Shown piece after piece: positions 43,316-54,536 of a stretch of 64,000 nucleotides of DNA. The notes under the pieces are model-generated. The model had not been told where the DNA came from, made no database searches, and worked only from the letters and a program-made list of their open reading frames with translations. The DNA lies in the NCBI GenBank assembly GCA_963921275.4, contig OZ001293.3, positions 2,752,001 to 2,816,000 of the forward strand. The letters are read 5' to 3'. Source of the stretch: an uncultured Hormoscilla sp. Its GTDB lineage: Bacteria > Cyanobacteriota > Cyanobacteriia > Cyanobacteriales > Desertifilaceae. A program made the position numbers and the translations under genes. Each line of letters begins with the position of its first letter. The stretch's first letter is position 1.

Positions 43316-45275
43316 TCGATCGATTTGATCGATTTGGGCGGGATGCCAAAACTAATGGGGTCAAAGGGCACATCATCTATAAACCCACCCCATTTACTAT
43401 CTACCTTATCTCTAGCATTCCGGTCTGGATCGTAATATATCCGCCAATCCCACCGGGATGCCGGAATTTCGGTAATTGCATTTACCTTTCCGATAATGTT
43501 CTCCCAGAATGTTTCTGGATCTTGCGCTTTGGGCAGTAAGGTACTCATACCAATGATAGCAATATCCGATGAAGGGCTACGGACAGGCGAGACGCCCGTC
43601 CTACGATCTGAATCTGCGCCCCCATCGACCTTTAGTTGCGCTAACAGGTCCGTACTTCCTGCTGCTAACAGCGTCGAAATCATGCTTTCCCACAGCATGA
43701 AGCTGCTGAGGGGACTGACGTGACCGCCGCATTCCCGCCCTTCAAACACGAATTTTCTCGCCCCTTGTTCCAGGAACATTTCCAGCAGTTTGGGCACCGG
43801 TACGTGGATGTAAGTAGCAATTCCCAGAGATTCCAACTGGGCCGCTTGATCCCGACGCCCTCCCGCTATTAAAGCAAAGGGCGGTCTAATTGCTTCTACT
43901 ACTTGTAACTGTTCTGAACGTACTGCTTCGGGCACAAATCCCAGTATACCAATTTCCCAGGGGCGATCGCCCATTTTCTGCTGCGCCTCTGTCAATAGCG
44001 ATCGCACTTGCGGACCCCGCATTAGGGCCAATGCTAACAATGGTAATCCCCCAGCTTGGGATACAGCATCCGCAAATTCCGCCTTATCGCTCACCCTGGT
44101 CATCGGACCTTGGACGATCGGATATTTAGTTCCTTGCTCGACTGCCAAGGGGGCATTTTCTCCTAGGGGCTGTAGCTTTTGGGCGATTTTAATCTGTTCT
44201 CTACTCCCATTTAGCAGTTCTTGCACGCATCTACCTGTAGTTTTGTAGCGCTCGCCATAATCTGCTGCCAACCCGATCGCCTGTCCCATGGGCCATGCCA
44301 AGCTTCCTGGCGATTCCCAACCCACCAACTCTTCAGCTTTTTCTCTCCAGGACTGCGGATTTTCTCTTTCTAACTGTTCCGCCAACTCTTGGAGAGTTTC
44401 GATCGCCTCAAACCCCGGACGATACAAAACCCGGCAACTAGCATTTAGTCTTTCCCCAATTGTAATTGCCTCTTGACCATTCAGGTTAGCTAGATGCTTT
44501 TGCCATGTCTCTGGCATTGGTGATTCCGGCATCAGCCACAATTGGTCATCTAATACTATACCCGATGCTCCCGCCGCCCGACAGGCTGCCGCTGTATGCA
44601 TGCCTATGCCACCTTGGACATATATCGGCAGCGATATTTTTTTCTCTCAGTTTCTGTAGGAGAATATAAGCTGAGTCTTCACCCACCCAGCCGCCACTTT
44701 CGTGACCTTTTGCTATTATAACTCAAGTTGCTACCTATAAAAATTGCGACCTCCCAGATAGCCATTTTGGTAAATTTATTCGCTAAAATGCCGTTTTGGG
44801 GTAAATCACAAGGTAATTTTAGCTGATTTTGGCTGATTTTGGCGCTTTGCAAGGAGTTGAGGTTCTATAGGTAGCAACTTAGGTTATTATACCATCTATT
44901 ATATCTTCCCTTATTGATGATGCCTCAACTATATCTGTAATTTAAATTAATATTTTCCTCTCTTTTGCACCCCCCATGGCTTTGATACTTTCTATTTCTT
45001 CTCCCGGCACTACCCTGATTATTAAATAATGGGGGCGAGCGCGCAATCTTTCTAATATCCTATAGTTAGCAGCAATTTGGTCTGACCGCAACCGCAATAC
45101 TACCACATCATCCTGCTTTACCAATTCTAACAGTCGCTCTATATTTCCGATCGCCTGGTCTTGGTCGCGACACAACTCCCCATCTAGTATCCCCACACCC
45201 CCTACTTGTTCCCACGGAGATGCCCGGGTGAGTCATGCTTATGGGACTACTCGAAAAGCAATCAAATGTATTCAT
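43316..45275 (-). pseudogene. Type I PKS 5' relic: FMN TIM-barrel (PfaD/nitronate monooxygenase-like) domains followed by the start of a KS domain
   Basis: KGHESGG, PIVQGPMTRVSD, EGRECGGH, then IAIIGMS...FWENI...SRWD...KWGGF. Confidence 0.85.
44721..44884. mobile_element. 164-bp MITE
   Basis: TIR core AAGTTGCTACCTATA / TATAGGTAGCAACTT, TATTATA duplication; removal restores DGIIAKGHESGG. Confidence 0.9.
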
Positions 45276-45423
45276 CACGCATTTTCCTCCTATGTTGTAG
45301 GTAGTATTTCCCTCTTCTTTCTGTCACCTTACCCTGTTAGCTAGCTTACCCTGGCGATCTCTTCTCCCAGGCTAACACTTCTGTCCGCAATAGGATCAAA
45401 TCTGACCCTATTATTGTATTTTG

Positions 45424-46255
45424 GGTAGTGATAAACATGTAGTGATGGCACAACTAACCCGACAAGCATTTGTTGTAATCATGCACAAAATACCAAATCG
45501 CGTGATTTTCTTCTTAGAGAATGATAATGTTTTCCAAACCAAGCGACTAATTCTTTGCCTCGTTGTTTAACCTTTCAATATGATTAGTTTTTCCAGTTTC
45601 TTTACCTACCGCAATAGTAACGCTTTTTCGGTATTGTTATATGCTTCCCAAAAAGTAAAAAAACCTCGATAAACAGGAGGTAAATATTTCCACAATTTTT
45701 TTGCTGAGACTGCGATCGTCCAACTCCTACAACTTCTCTTGTTTTTGTATCAAGTGCCAACCAAATGTTTGTTTTCTTTATTCCCAAGACTACATTTCAT
45801 CACATGTCAATTTTCCTTTGGGCTTGTCTGAAACCTTTAGATCACGGCAGATTTTTTATTAACGTTTGTGAAACCTTTACTCGACGCGCAATACCTGCCT
45901 ATTCTTTCAAGTAATAGCTCATCTATATTCTTTTTCTTTTCGGACGATACCTGCTGTCGGGTTTTCAATTTATTGCCGATTTTTGAGATATTTTTGCTTT
46001 TTATTATGAGTACTACCATTTTTTACTGTTCGCTCACAATTACAATAAGGGCAATTGGGTCGCGACGATGATGATGTGTTCATAAGTCTATACTCGCTTT
46101 TGACTAATAACATAAGAGCATTTTTCTGATGAGCTATACATGAGAATATCATTGCTATCAATTTGGCTAAGATAAAGAGCTGTTATATCATTCCTAAGAA
46201 AAGTAAGGATTAATAGAAGGATGGAATGTTCTATCACTACATATTTATCACTACC
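45424..46255 (-). mobile_element. IS1-family element, degraded
   Basis: 23-bp TIR GGTAGTGATAAA(C/T)ATGTAGTGAT; CPYC...VKNG and WLALD fragments; no target duplication. Confidence 0.85.
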
Positions 46256-46259
46256 ACCC

Positions 46260-47184
46260 CTCGCTAGGCATCATCCGGTATGCTGACGATTTTGTCGTCA
46301 CATCCAAAGACAAAGAATCCTTAGAAACAGTGCTGATCCAGCTAAAGCAATGGATGTCTGAAAGAGGACTGGAAATCAGTACGGAGAAAAGCAAAATAGT
46401 TCACAGAAATGAGGGGTTTGACTTCCTGAGCTTCAACCTCCGCCATTACGGCGGTAAACTTTTAACCAAACCTCAAAAGTCCAAAGTCCTTGACTTTTGC
46501 AAAAAGATAAGTGACGAAGTTAAGGAAAAAGTTGATTGGGCTCAAGAAGCTATAATAAACGAATCCAATTCTCCGAGGTTTTGCTAACTCCTAGTGGGGT
46601 AAGCAAAGAAGCCTTCAGCTACATCGAGTATCGAGTGTGGCATCTTCCGTTGGGCTTTACGTCGGCATCCCAACAAATCAAAAACATGAGTCCTTAATCG
46701 TTACTTTGGAAAATGTAAGGGACGTAGCTATAACTTCGTAACTGATATAAAGGGTCGGGAAAAATTACGGGCTCTCTATGATATCAGTAGTACGTCAGGC
46801 ACATCAAAGTTAAAGGGACCGCAATGACGACCCAGCACTCCAAGAATACTGGTTCAAACGCAATATTAAAAACGGGCAAAATTACTGGTACTGGGCAAAA
46901 GGCTCAAAATATGAAAGGGTTGCCCAAGAACTGGAATTGTCCCATTGGCAATGAACCTCTATTCAACGGAGAAAAGATTGAGACTCACCACATAGTACCT
47001 GTAAAGCAAGGTGGTTCGGACGACACTGAAAACCTTGTCCATTTACACGCAGCGTGTCACAAACAGGTACATTCAAAATCCAAGAAAGAAAGGCTTGAAG
47101 TAAGGTCTTAGCCGTATGAGGGGATAACTCTCATGTACGGTTAGTCGGGGAGGGGAGAGAGGTGACTCTCAAACCTTACCCTCT
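46260..47184 (+). mobile_element. 3' part of a degraded RT-encoding group II intron
   Basis: IRYADDF, FDFLSF, HNH ETHHIVP..HAACH; DV TAGCCGTATGAG..CTCATGTACGGTT and DVI. Confidence 0.85.
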
Positions 47185-47244
47185 AAAGTCTCAAGTCCAG
47201 TTTTGAAGACGAGTCGGGGAGGTGACTCTCTGGCTTAGTTTAAC
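47185..47244 (+). mobile_element. 3' half of DV plus DVI of a host group II intron
   Basis: AAAGTCTCAAGTCCAGTTTTGAAGACGAGTCGGGGAGGTGACTCTCTGGCTTAGTTTAAC matches the 3' ends at 873 and 48334. Confidence 0.85.
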
Positions 47245-47252
47245 CACCACTA

Positions 47253-48284
47253 CTAATCGTCAGCAAAAATATAACGATACAGTTCACTCGGATCTGGTTC
47301 AGGACTCTCTAAGGCAAATTTTACCGCCTCATCAATCACAGCCTGAATCTGCTGATCGATCGCCTTCAGTTCTTCGGCAGAGGCCAGATTTTTTTCCGCC
47401 AGGTAAGCAGCAAAATTCTTAATCGGGTCCCGGGTAAGCCAGAATTCCTTCTCTTGCTGAGAACGCAACTCATCAGGATCTGCCAGAGAGTGACCCCGGA
47501 ATCTATAAGTCAAAGCTTCAATCAGGGTTGGCCCTTCCCCAGCACGGGCCCGGGAGACCGCCTCAAGGGCCGCTGTCCGCACCGCCAGCACATCCATACC
47601 ATCTACCTCCACTCCAGGCATGCCAAAAGCATGAGCCTTCTTGTAAATCTCCGGCACCGATGTCGCTCTGTCATGGGCCATCCCGATCGCCCATTTATTG
47701 TTCTCTACCACATAAATTATCGGCAGTTGCCAGAGAACCGCCATATTCAAACATTCAAAGAACTGACCATTATTGCAAGCACCATCGCCAAAAAAGCAAG
47801 CCGTCACTTGATCCGCCCCTGACTCGCCCATCGACTCTCGCCGGTACTTACTCTGAAACGCCGCACCAGTTGCCACAGGTATGCCCTCAGCCACAAAGGC
47901 ATAGCCCCCCAGCAGCCGGTGCTTTTCCGAGAACATATGCATAGAACCGCCACGACCTTGAGAGCAACCCGTGGCCTTACCAAACAACTCCGCCATCACC
48001 TCTTTGGCTGGCACGCCAGCACTCAAAGCATGGACATGGTCGCGATAGGTGCTACATACATAATCTTCATCAGGACGCAATGCCTTAATTACGCCGGTGG
48101 CGACCGCCTCTTGACCATTGTATAAGTGGACAAAGCCAAACATTTTGCCCCGGTAGTACATCTCAGCGCACTTGTCTTCAAACAAGCGTCCTAGTACCAT
48201 ATCTTCGTAGAGCCGTAAGCCTTCCGCTTTGGTAATTTGAACTCCATCCTTTGCGAATACCGGTAATGTGCGTTCGGAAATCAT
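47253..48284 (-). CDS. pdhA: Pyruvate dehydrogenase E1 alpha
   Basis: [32 protein letters not shown]; start taken as MISERT. Confidence 0.97.
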   Translation of the reverse strand: MISERTLPVFAKDGVQITKAEGLRLYEDMVLGRLFEDKCAEMYYRGKMFGFVHLYNGQEAVATGVIKALRPDEDYVCSTYRDHVHALSAGVPAKEVMAELFGKATGCSQGRGGSMHMFSEKHRLLGGYAFVAEGIPVATGAAFQSKYRRESMGESGADQVTACFFGDGACNNGQFFECLNMAVLWQLPIIYVVENNKWAIGMAHDRATSVPEIYKKAHAFGMPGVEVDGMDVLAVRTAALEAVSRARAGEGPTLIEALTYRFRGHSLADPDELRSQQEKEFWLTRDPIKNFAAYLAEKNLASAEELKAIDQQIQAVIDEAVKFALESPEPDPSELYRYIFADD

Positions 48285-48352
48285 CAAGTTTGTCCTATAA
48301 TTACGGATCGTAACTGAACTAATTTTTCTTAAGATTAAACTAAGCCAGGGAG

Positions 48353-50978
48353 TCACCTCCCCGACTCGTCTTCAGAACCGGACGATCTGCTTTTCACCTC
48401 ATCCGGCTCCTCAGCAATGCCATCCTTGTCATGGACACGGCTACTACCATCATTGGCAGTCTTTACGTCGTGGCAGTGTTTGTGCAACAGTTGTAGGTTT
48501 TCCCACCGGTCCTTACCACCTAATGAAAGTGGTTTGATGTGGTCTATTTCCCATCGGTCGCTATCCTTGAATGTTAGTCCGCATTGTTGACATTTCCCTT
48601 TTTGCCGCTTGAGCAGCTTTGCTCCTCTATTGCTTAGCTCTGGGTTCCTGCCTAGTCTCGTGCTCCAATATGTGAGGTTCCCGTCGTATGGGCTTGCTGG
48701 TCCTTTGACCTTTATGTGCCTTACTATCTCTACACTCACGTGTCGATATAGCATTACTTTCCCTTCTTTCGTCTGACATCTGAATTGCCATTTTCTGTCT
48801 TGGTCAACTGACCAGTACTTTTTGGCTATCCAATGCTTTGACTTATTCGGGTGTCTCCTCTTTGCCCAATTCCACAGGATTTCCCATAGGTAGTTGTCCA
48901 TCTTTGAGTAAACTTCCTTGCTTACTCCCGTCCTGAAGTAGTTTTCCCATCCTCGTATTACCGGGTTGAGTTTGCTTATCAAGACAGCTTGTGGAACTGC
49001 TTTATGGCTGCTTACTGTTTCTGCCAGCCTTTTCTTGTGCTTATCTATGGACTTATTACTGGGTTTGATGAGGGTTTTGTAGCCTAGGGCTTCTCCATTA
49101 CTATTCCTGCCGCTCCTGTTCTTACTTACCTCATATTGCCTTATGTTGAATCCCAAGAAGTCAAATCCTGGTTCTTCTCCTTTTAGCGTGTGAGTTATTC
49201 TCGTCTTTTCCGGCTTTAGTTCTAGTCCAACCCCTTTTAGCCACTCTGTTATGACCACTCGCGCTTCTTCTATCTTTTCTTTGTCGTCATGCATTACCAC
49301 AAAATCATCAGCATATCTGACTACTGTCAGTTTCTTTTTTTCTCTTTGTGTTTCTGCGAGTTCCATTACTGCTTCTTCTAGTCCATGTAGGGCTATATTC
49401 GCTAATAATGGTGATATGACTCCTCCCGTACCCTCTTCGGTTGCATACCATTCTTTCTTATCTATCACCCCGGCTTTTAACCATGCCCGTATTTGTTTAC
49501 GGATTGGTGATGTAGTATTCAGTTTTTTCATTAACGCTTTATGGTCAATTTTATCGAAACACTTGGCTATATCAGCATCTGGATGGGGTCGAGCCGGGAA
49601 TCGCTTCCCGACCCTCCCTTGAGGAACCGGACTTGCGATTTTCACCGCATCCGGCTACTGGGTACTAGGCCCTTTTCATAGGTAGACTTAATAGGAATTA
49701 CTTCCGTTAGCCCTTGCCGCCTGTCTTTTCTTCCCTTTCCTGGTTTAGCGAGTGGTTGTTCTGATAACCGTTAGTATCACCATTTTCAAGTCAGTTTTAC
49801 CAGTTATCCATACCTTATCCTCCACTTGCGTTTCGGATTAGTTCCGTGGCTTTTTAGGATTACTCATTCCAGCAGCTTCCTAGTATCACCGACCCACGTC
49901 AGCGCTGGCTACCCAGCATCATCTACATTACTGTAGATGTTATCCCAGGAATTACCCCGGGCATTCGCTTCTTGGGCCATCCCTCCCCCCGTGGCTTGCG
50001 CTTAACATCTAACTTGTCCTGATGGACAGCACACGAGAGGTTACTTCGTTCCCTAACAACATTTCGCGATACCTTTAGGTCCACACTATACCCCGGGAGC
50101 TATTTGAGTACTATATTAGCCAGAGTCTAAAACTAATACTAGCTACCATTTCCTTTTTAGGCCAGCGCATATAGCCTTATTTCGCTGGTTCCTTATAACG
50201 AGGCTTGCACATGTTTGCCTGCTCTAACCTTGGATATCTTTCCTAGCGGCGTCACCGGCTTAGGCTGCCAGTTATCCTACATTTGAGTCCTCGCTTAGCA
50301 CCACGATGATGTCGCTTCGTAGCACCGAGGACCGGTGTCACCCCCGTACCTGGGGGGAGGGGAATTTAACCCCCATGCGGTCAGAGTTCCCGGCTAATGA
50401 AACCGGGCTAGCGTTCCGTGTTTGACCACGTTAGGCTAGAACGAATCGCACAATACCCATTTAGGTTTCGTTTTGATACTGAGAAAGATTGCTTCGATTG
50501 CATCATGACATCCTCTTCCCGGTCTAAATCCGTAGGAGTTTCCTTCCATATACGCTTCCCATTCCGGTTCTAGCGCAATTTTCAGTAACCCCTGTGTCGC
50601 ACGGTCGTGCATTGTCGGTATTCCTAATGGACGCTTTTCGTCTCTTCCTGGCTTGGGTATCCACACTCGTCGTGCGGGTTTGGCCTTGTTTGAGATTTCT
50701 ATTTGTCCTACCAGTTCCATTCTTTGTTTTGGGGTCAGTGATTTCACACCGTCCACACCTGCTGTCTTCTTTCCCTGGTTGTCCTGTGTTACCTGTCGAA
50801 CCGCTAGACTTTTGGCTGCCCGGGATTTTACCAGTAACCTCTGGAGCCTGCGAACTGTCCGCTTATCACCACGTTGTGCCGCTCTGTAAATTCTCAGAAG
50901 CAACTTAAAGATTATCCTCTCTAGTTTTTTCCAAGGGATATCCTTCCATTCATTCATCGATTTTGACATCGTGCTCAT
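48353..50978 (-). CDS. ltrA: Intron-encoded RT/maturase/HNH, join(50978..50452, 49580..48353); possibly defective
   Basis: Removing the inner intron gives [19 protein letters not shown] present; PQ missing from GTPQGG. Confidence 0.85.
49581..50451 (-). mobile_element. ORF-less group II intron (inner, 871 nt)
   Basis: GTGCGATTCG start, canonical DV TAGCCGGATGCGGTGAAAATCGCAAGTCCGGTT; homologous to copies A-C. Confidence 0.92.
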
Positions 50979-52024
50979 GACGTTTTCATTGCTAGTTGCA
51001 ACTCTACTTTTGACATTACCGTGAGGGCGTCAGCTTATCCTACCCATTACGGTAGGCTTTTGCTTCTCCGCGAAATCTTTCCCAGATATGACCTGCCCTA
51101 ATGGAGGGCAGACGTTGCGCCTTTGGTGGCTACTCTACCTATCGACCGGTGATAGAGAGTCATATCTGGTTTACTTCGTTCCTACAGACGATTGATTGTA
51201 GTTTTAGATGGATTCCCTACGCCGGGTTTATTGTCAGTGCTTACTGGTCGGGACTATAACCGCCAGCGACCTATATCCTTACCCTTTTGGGCCAGTGTAT
51301 CAGCCTTATTACACTGGTTCTGATTAACGGCGCTACAAATCTTTGCTTACGCTCATCATGACTACTTGCTCGACGATAACCGGTTTAGGCTACCAGTTAG
51401 AGCGCCTTTTATTCCCACTTTACGGATTGATGCCATCTCTACCGTAGGGAATATGCTGTCACTCCTGCACCTGGAGGGGTGGATTTTCACCACCATCATC
51501 TGTAAGTTGTCTATGCTAATGAAACCTAGCTAGTGGTCTCCTACCTGGTTTTCACCGGTAGTTTACACTAAACGAATCGCACATAGCCCCATCAGTCAAG
51601 GGTCCTGTTGTCCTTCAAGTTTGAGCTACAATGATATATGCCTATTTATGGCATATATTATCAATAAACAACAATCAACCATCTTCAACCCCTATCATCC
51701 GGACTTTGTATAACGCTATGAATGTCCTTTATATCCATGAAAAAAATCAGATTATAATATCAATTTATAACCCCCTGATGATATAATTAGAGAGGAATGC
51801 CAAAAATTATAATCGATCGGGACTGCTGTGGGTGGGAAATTTCGTTATATTAGATGATAAAAGGGAAAAGGGTTAGGGAGTTGGTGCGTACCAGGCCGGG
51901 AGACACAGCGTACCAGATCCACCAGTGCTCAATGTCAACTAACCACTGACAACTGATAACTAACCACTGACAACTGACCAATAACAGCCTTAAATTAGTG
52001 AATTGCTGCTGAGGGAGACGACTG

Positions 52025-54499
52025 GTGAGAATTCCGCTCGATTACTACCGGATTCTAGGCTTGCCGATACAGGCGACTGTCGAACAGTTGGAGATGTATC
52101 ATCGCGATCGGACGATGCAACTGCCCCGGCGGGAGTATTCGGAGATCGCGATAGACTCCCGTAAACAGCTGTTAGATCAAGCCTATGGGGTGCTCTCGGA
52201 CTCCGACCAGCGTCGCACCTATGATGCGAATCTAGATGCTGCCCTGGCTGCGCCGGACCCGAAAATAGACGGAACCACCAGTGTAGAGGCAAAGGAGAAG
52301 CATCACAGTCCCAGCATAGAGATTTCAGAGGAGCAATTAGTCGGGGCCTTGCTGATCCTGTTAGAACTAGGGGAGTATGAACTGGTATTGCAGTTGGGAC
52401 GTCCTTACCTAAGCAGCAGCAAGATAAGTGCAGAAAAAGACCCCTCAGGGGCATCACAACTGGAACGATCGGATACGGTACTCACGATCGCTCACGCCTG
52501 TCTGGAACTAGGTCGCGAACAGTGGCAGCAAGGAAATTACACAACGGCAGCGGAATATCTGGAAACTGGTCAAAACTTACTGTTGAGCGAAGGATTATTC
52601 CCGACTGTGCGGGGGGAAATTGCGGCAGATCTCTACAAACTGCGTCCTTACCGCATCCTGGAATTACTGGCCCAATCAGAAGAAAAAACTTCTAGTACAC
52701 CGGCGTCGCGCAGTGGGCGACGCCAAGGGGTACAAATGCTGCGGGATATGCTCGAAGAGAGGGGCGGCATTGATGGCACGGGGGATGACGGTTCCGGGTT
52801 AGGAATTGATGACTTTCTGCGCTTTGTCCAGCAGCTGCGGGGCTACATGACCTCTGAAGAACAACAGACTTTGTTTGAGTCTGAAGCCCTGCGCCCTTCA
52901 GCCGTGGCGACTTACCTGGCTGTATATGCTCTGCTGGTCCGGGGATTTGCCCAACATAAACCGGCCCTGATTAACCGTGCTAAACGGATGCTGATGCGCT
53001 TGGGTAACCGCCAGGATGTTCATCTAGAACAAGCCGTGTGCGCCCTGCTGCTGGGTCAGACTTCCGAAGCAAGTAGGGCCCTAGAACTGAGCCAGGAATA
53101 CGAACAGATCGCCTTTATCCGAGAACATTCTCAGGGTGCCCCAGACCTGTTGCCAGGATTATGTCTGTACGGCGAGCGCTGGCTCCACGAAGAAGTGTTT
53201 ACCCACTTCCAAGACTTGCAGAAAGGCAGCACAACCCTGAAAGATTACTTCGCTGATCAGCAAGTGCAATCATATTTGGAAGCACTCCCTCAGGAAATAA
53301 ACAACTCCAGTGAGTGGACAGTGGTGCAACACCAGCAGATATCTCAAAGATCGGCTTCGATGTCTCTGGGGAGCGCTACTCGCACTACCCCAGAGACATC
53401 GACCTCAGAGCGACTAGCGCCTGCACCCCCCGGGGCTGTGTCTCCCGACCCTAGGAGCACTACCCAGGAGACACAGGAGCGCTATTTTCGCGACGTTCCC
53501 AGGCGGAGCCGTAGGAACGAGGGGGGGGCGATGGGCGAGGGGCAGTGCGAGCAGCGCGCCCCGAGTGCATCGAAGCAGTCCGTCCGTTGGGTTGAAAATG
53601 GGGGGGAGATAACAGATCCAGTTGGTGCCCCTACCCTGGTGGCACAAACCCAGTCAAGGACTACCCTGTCTCCGGAAGCTGAGGCAACGGCCGTTGCCAT
53701 CGCTCGCCCAAAAACGGCTCCTGCTGCGTCCCCCGGTGCTGCGTCTCCTGGGAGCGCTACTCGCACAAAAGAGGAGACGCAGCGCGCTACTCGCACTACC
53801 CGGGGGACGCAGAGGGTGGGTTCGAGATTGTCACCAGGACGCTCACATGCTATGCCAACTCTGAGAGATGCAAAGCAGCCAGTAGTCAAGACTGAGGGAG
53901 AGTTTTATTCGCCTAGGTTCCGTATGCTGTTACTGGCAGCTGTGGGAATTGTTAGTCTCCTGCTGCTGTGGTTTGTGGTGGGTTGGTTGCTTAGACTGAT
54001 ATTATCACGACAACCGGTACTGGAAGGGGAGCAGCTGCAAGTGCGGCTCGATCGGCCTCCTATACAGATTCCAGACCCCAATACAAATACCCGGGTAACA
54101 ACCGGTCCCATAAACAAATCAATGGCGGAGCAGGCGATCGACAGCTGGTTAACCACGAAAAGACAAGTCTTTGGTCCTAACCATAGCATCGATCGGTTAG
54201 AGCAAATATTGGTGGAACCAGCCCTGGGAGAGCAGCGGCGACGGGCGCTGGTGGCACGGCAAGAAAACTGGTACGGTCAGTACCAGCACAGAGTGACGGT
54301 GGAGAAGGTTTCCTTGATGTCAAGCGATCGCGATCGGGCTATAGTGGAAGCAATTGTCAGCGAAAAAGCAGACTTTTTTGTAAATGGTCAGTTTGACCGG
54401 GCTTCTTCGTACTTCAATCCCAATTTGCGGCTGCGCTATGAGTTAATAAACCAAGCTGGTCAGTGGCGAATTCAGAATATTATCCTTGTAAACAACTAG
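52025..54499 (+). CDS. ftn2: Cell division protein Ftn2/ARC6
   Basis: RIPLDYYRILG J-like domain, KLRPYRILELL, DLLPGLC, TM helix and C-terminal domain. Confidence 0.95.
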   Translation: MRIPLDYYRILGLPIQATVEQLEMYHRDRTMQLPRREYSEIAIDSRKQLLDQAYGVLSDSDQRRTYDANLDAALAAPDPKIDGTTSVEAKEKHHSPSIEISEEQLVGALLILLELGEYELVLQLGRPYLSSSKISAEKDPSGASQLERSDTVLTIAHACLELGREQWQQGNYTTAAEYLETGQNLLLSEGLFPTVRGEIAADLYKLRPYRILELLAQSEEKTSSTPASRSGRRQGVQMLRDMLEERGGIDGTGDDGSGLGIDDFLRFVQQLRGYMTSEEQQTLFESEALRPSAVATYLAVYALLVRGFAQHKPALINRAKRMLMRLGNRQDVHLEQAVCALLLGQTSEASRALELSQEYEQIAFIREHSQGAPDLLPGLCLYGERWLHEEVFTHFQDLQKGSTTLKDYFADQQVQSYLEALPQEINNSSEWTVVQHQQISQRSASMSLGSATRTTPETSTSERLAPAPPGAVSPDPRSTTQETQERYFRDVPRRSRRNEGGAMGEGQCEQRAPSASKQSVRWVENGGEITDPVGAPTLVAQTQSRTTLSPEAEATAVAIARPKTAPAASPGAASPGSATRTKEETQRATRTTRGTQRVGSRLSPGRSHAMPTLRDAKQPVVKTEGEFYSPRFRMLLLAAVGIVSLLLLWFVVGWLLRLILSRQPVLEGEQLQVRLDRPPIQIPDPNTNTRVTTGPINKSMAEQAIDSWLTTKRQVFGPNHSIDRLEQILVEPALGEQRRRALVARQENWYGQYQHRVTVEKVSLMSSDRDRAIVEAIVSEKADFFVNGQFDRASSYFNPNLRLRYELINQAGQWRIQNIILVNN

Positions 54500-54536
54500 C
54501 TATACTCCGATAGCGCTGCGCTGGGGGCGCAGCCTA

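Larger units (their letters stand above)
48334..51582 (-). mobile_element. RT-encoding group II intron (outer intron of a twintron)
   Basis: 5' GTGCGATTCG at 51582, 3' GGCTTAGTTTAAT at 48334, DV GAGCCGGATGAGG..GTCCGGTTC. Confidence 0.92.

Noticed and set aside
48285..48356. N-terminal extension of PdhA in the ORF track
   Set aside because: It begins inside intron domain VI; the conserved protein starts at 48284
49581..49645. Independent start for the 430-aa RT ORF
   Set aside because: These codons are DV/DVI of the inner intron
892..50978. RT genes as retron, DGR or CRISPR-associated RT
   Set aside because: All have maturase and HNH domains and lie within group II intron boundaries; no template/variable repeat pair seen
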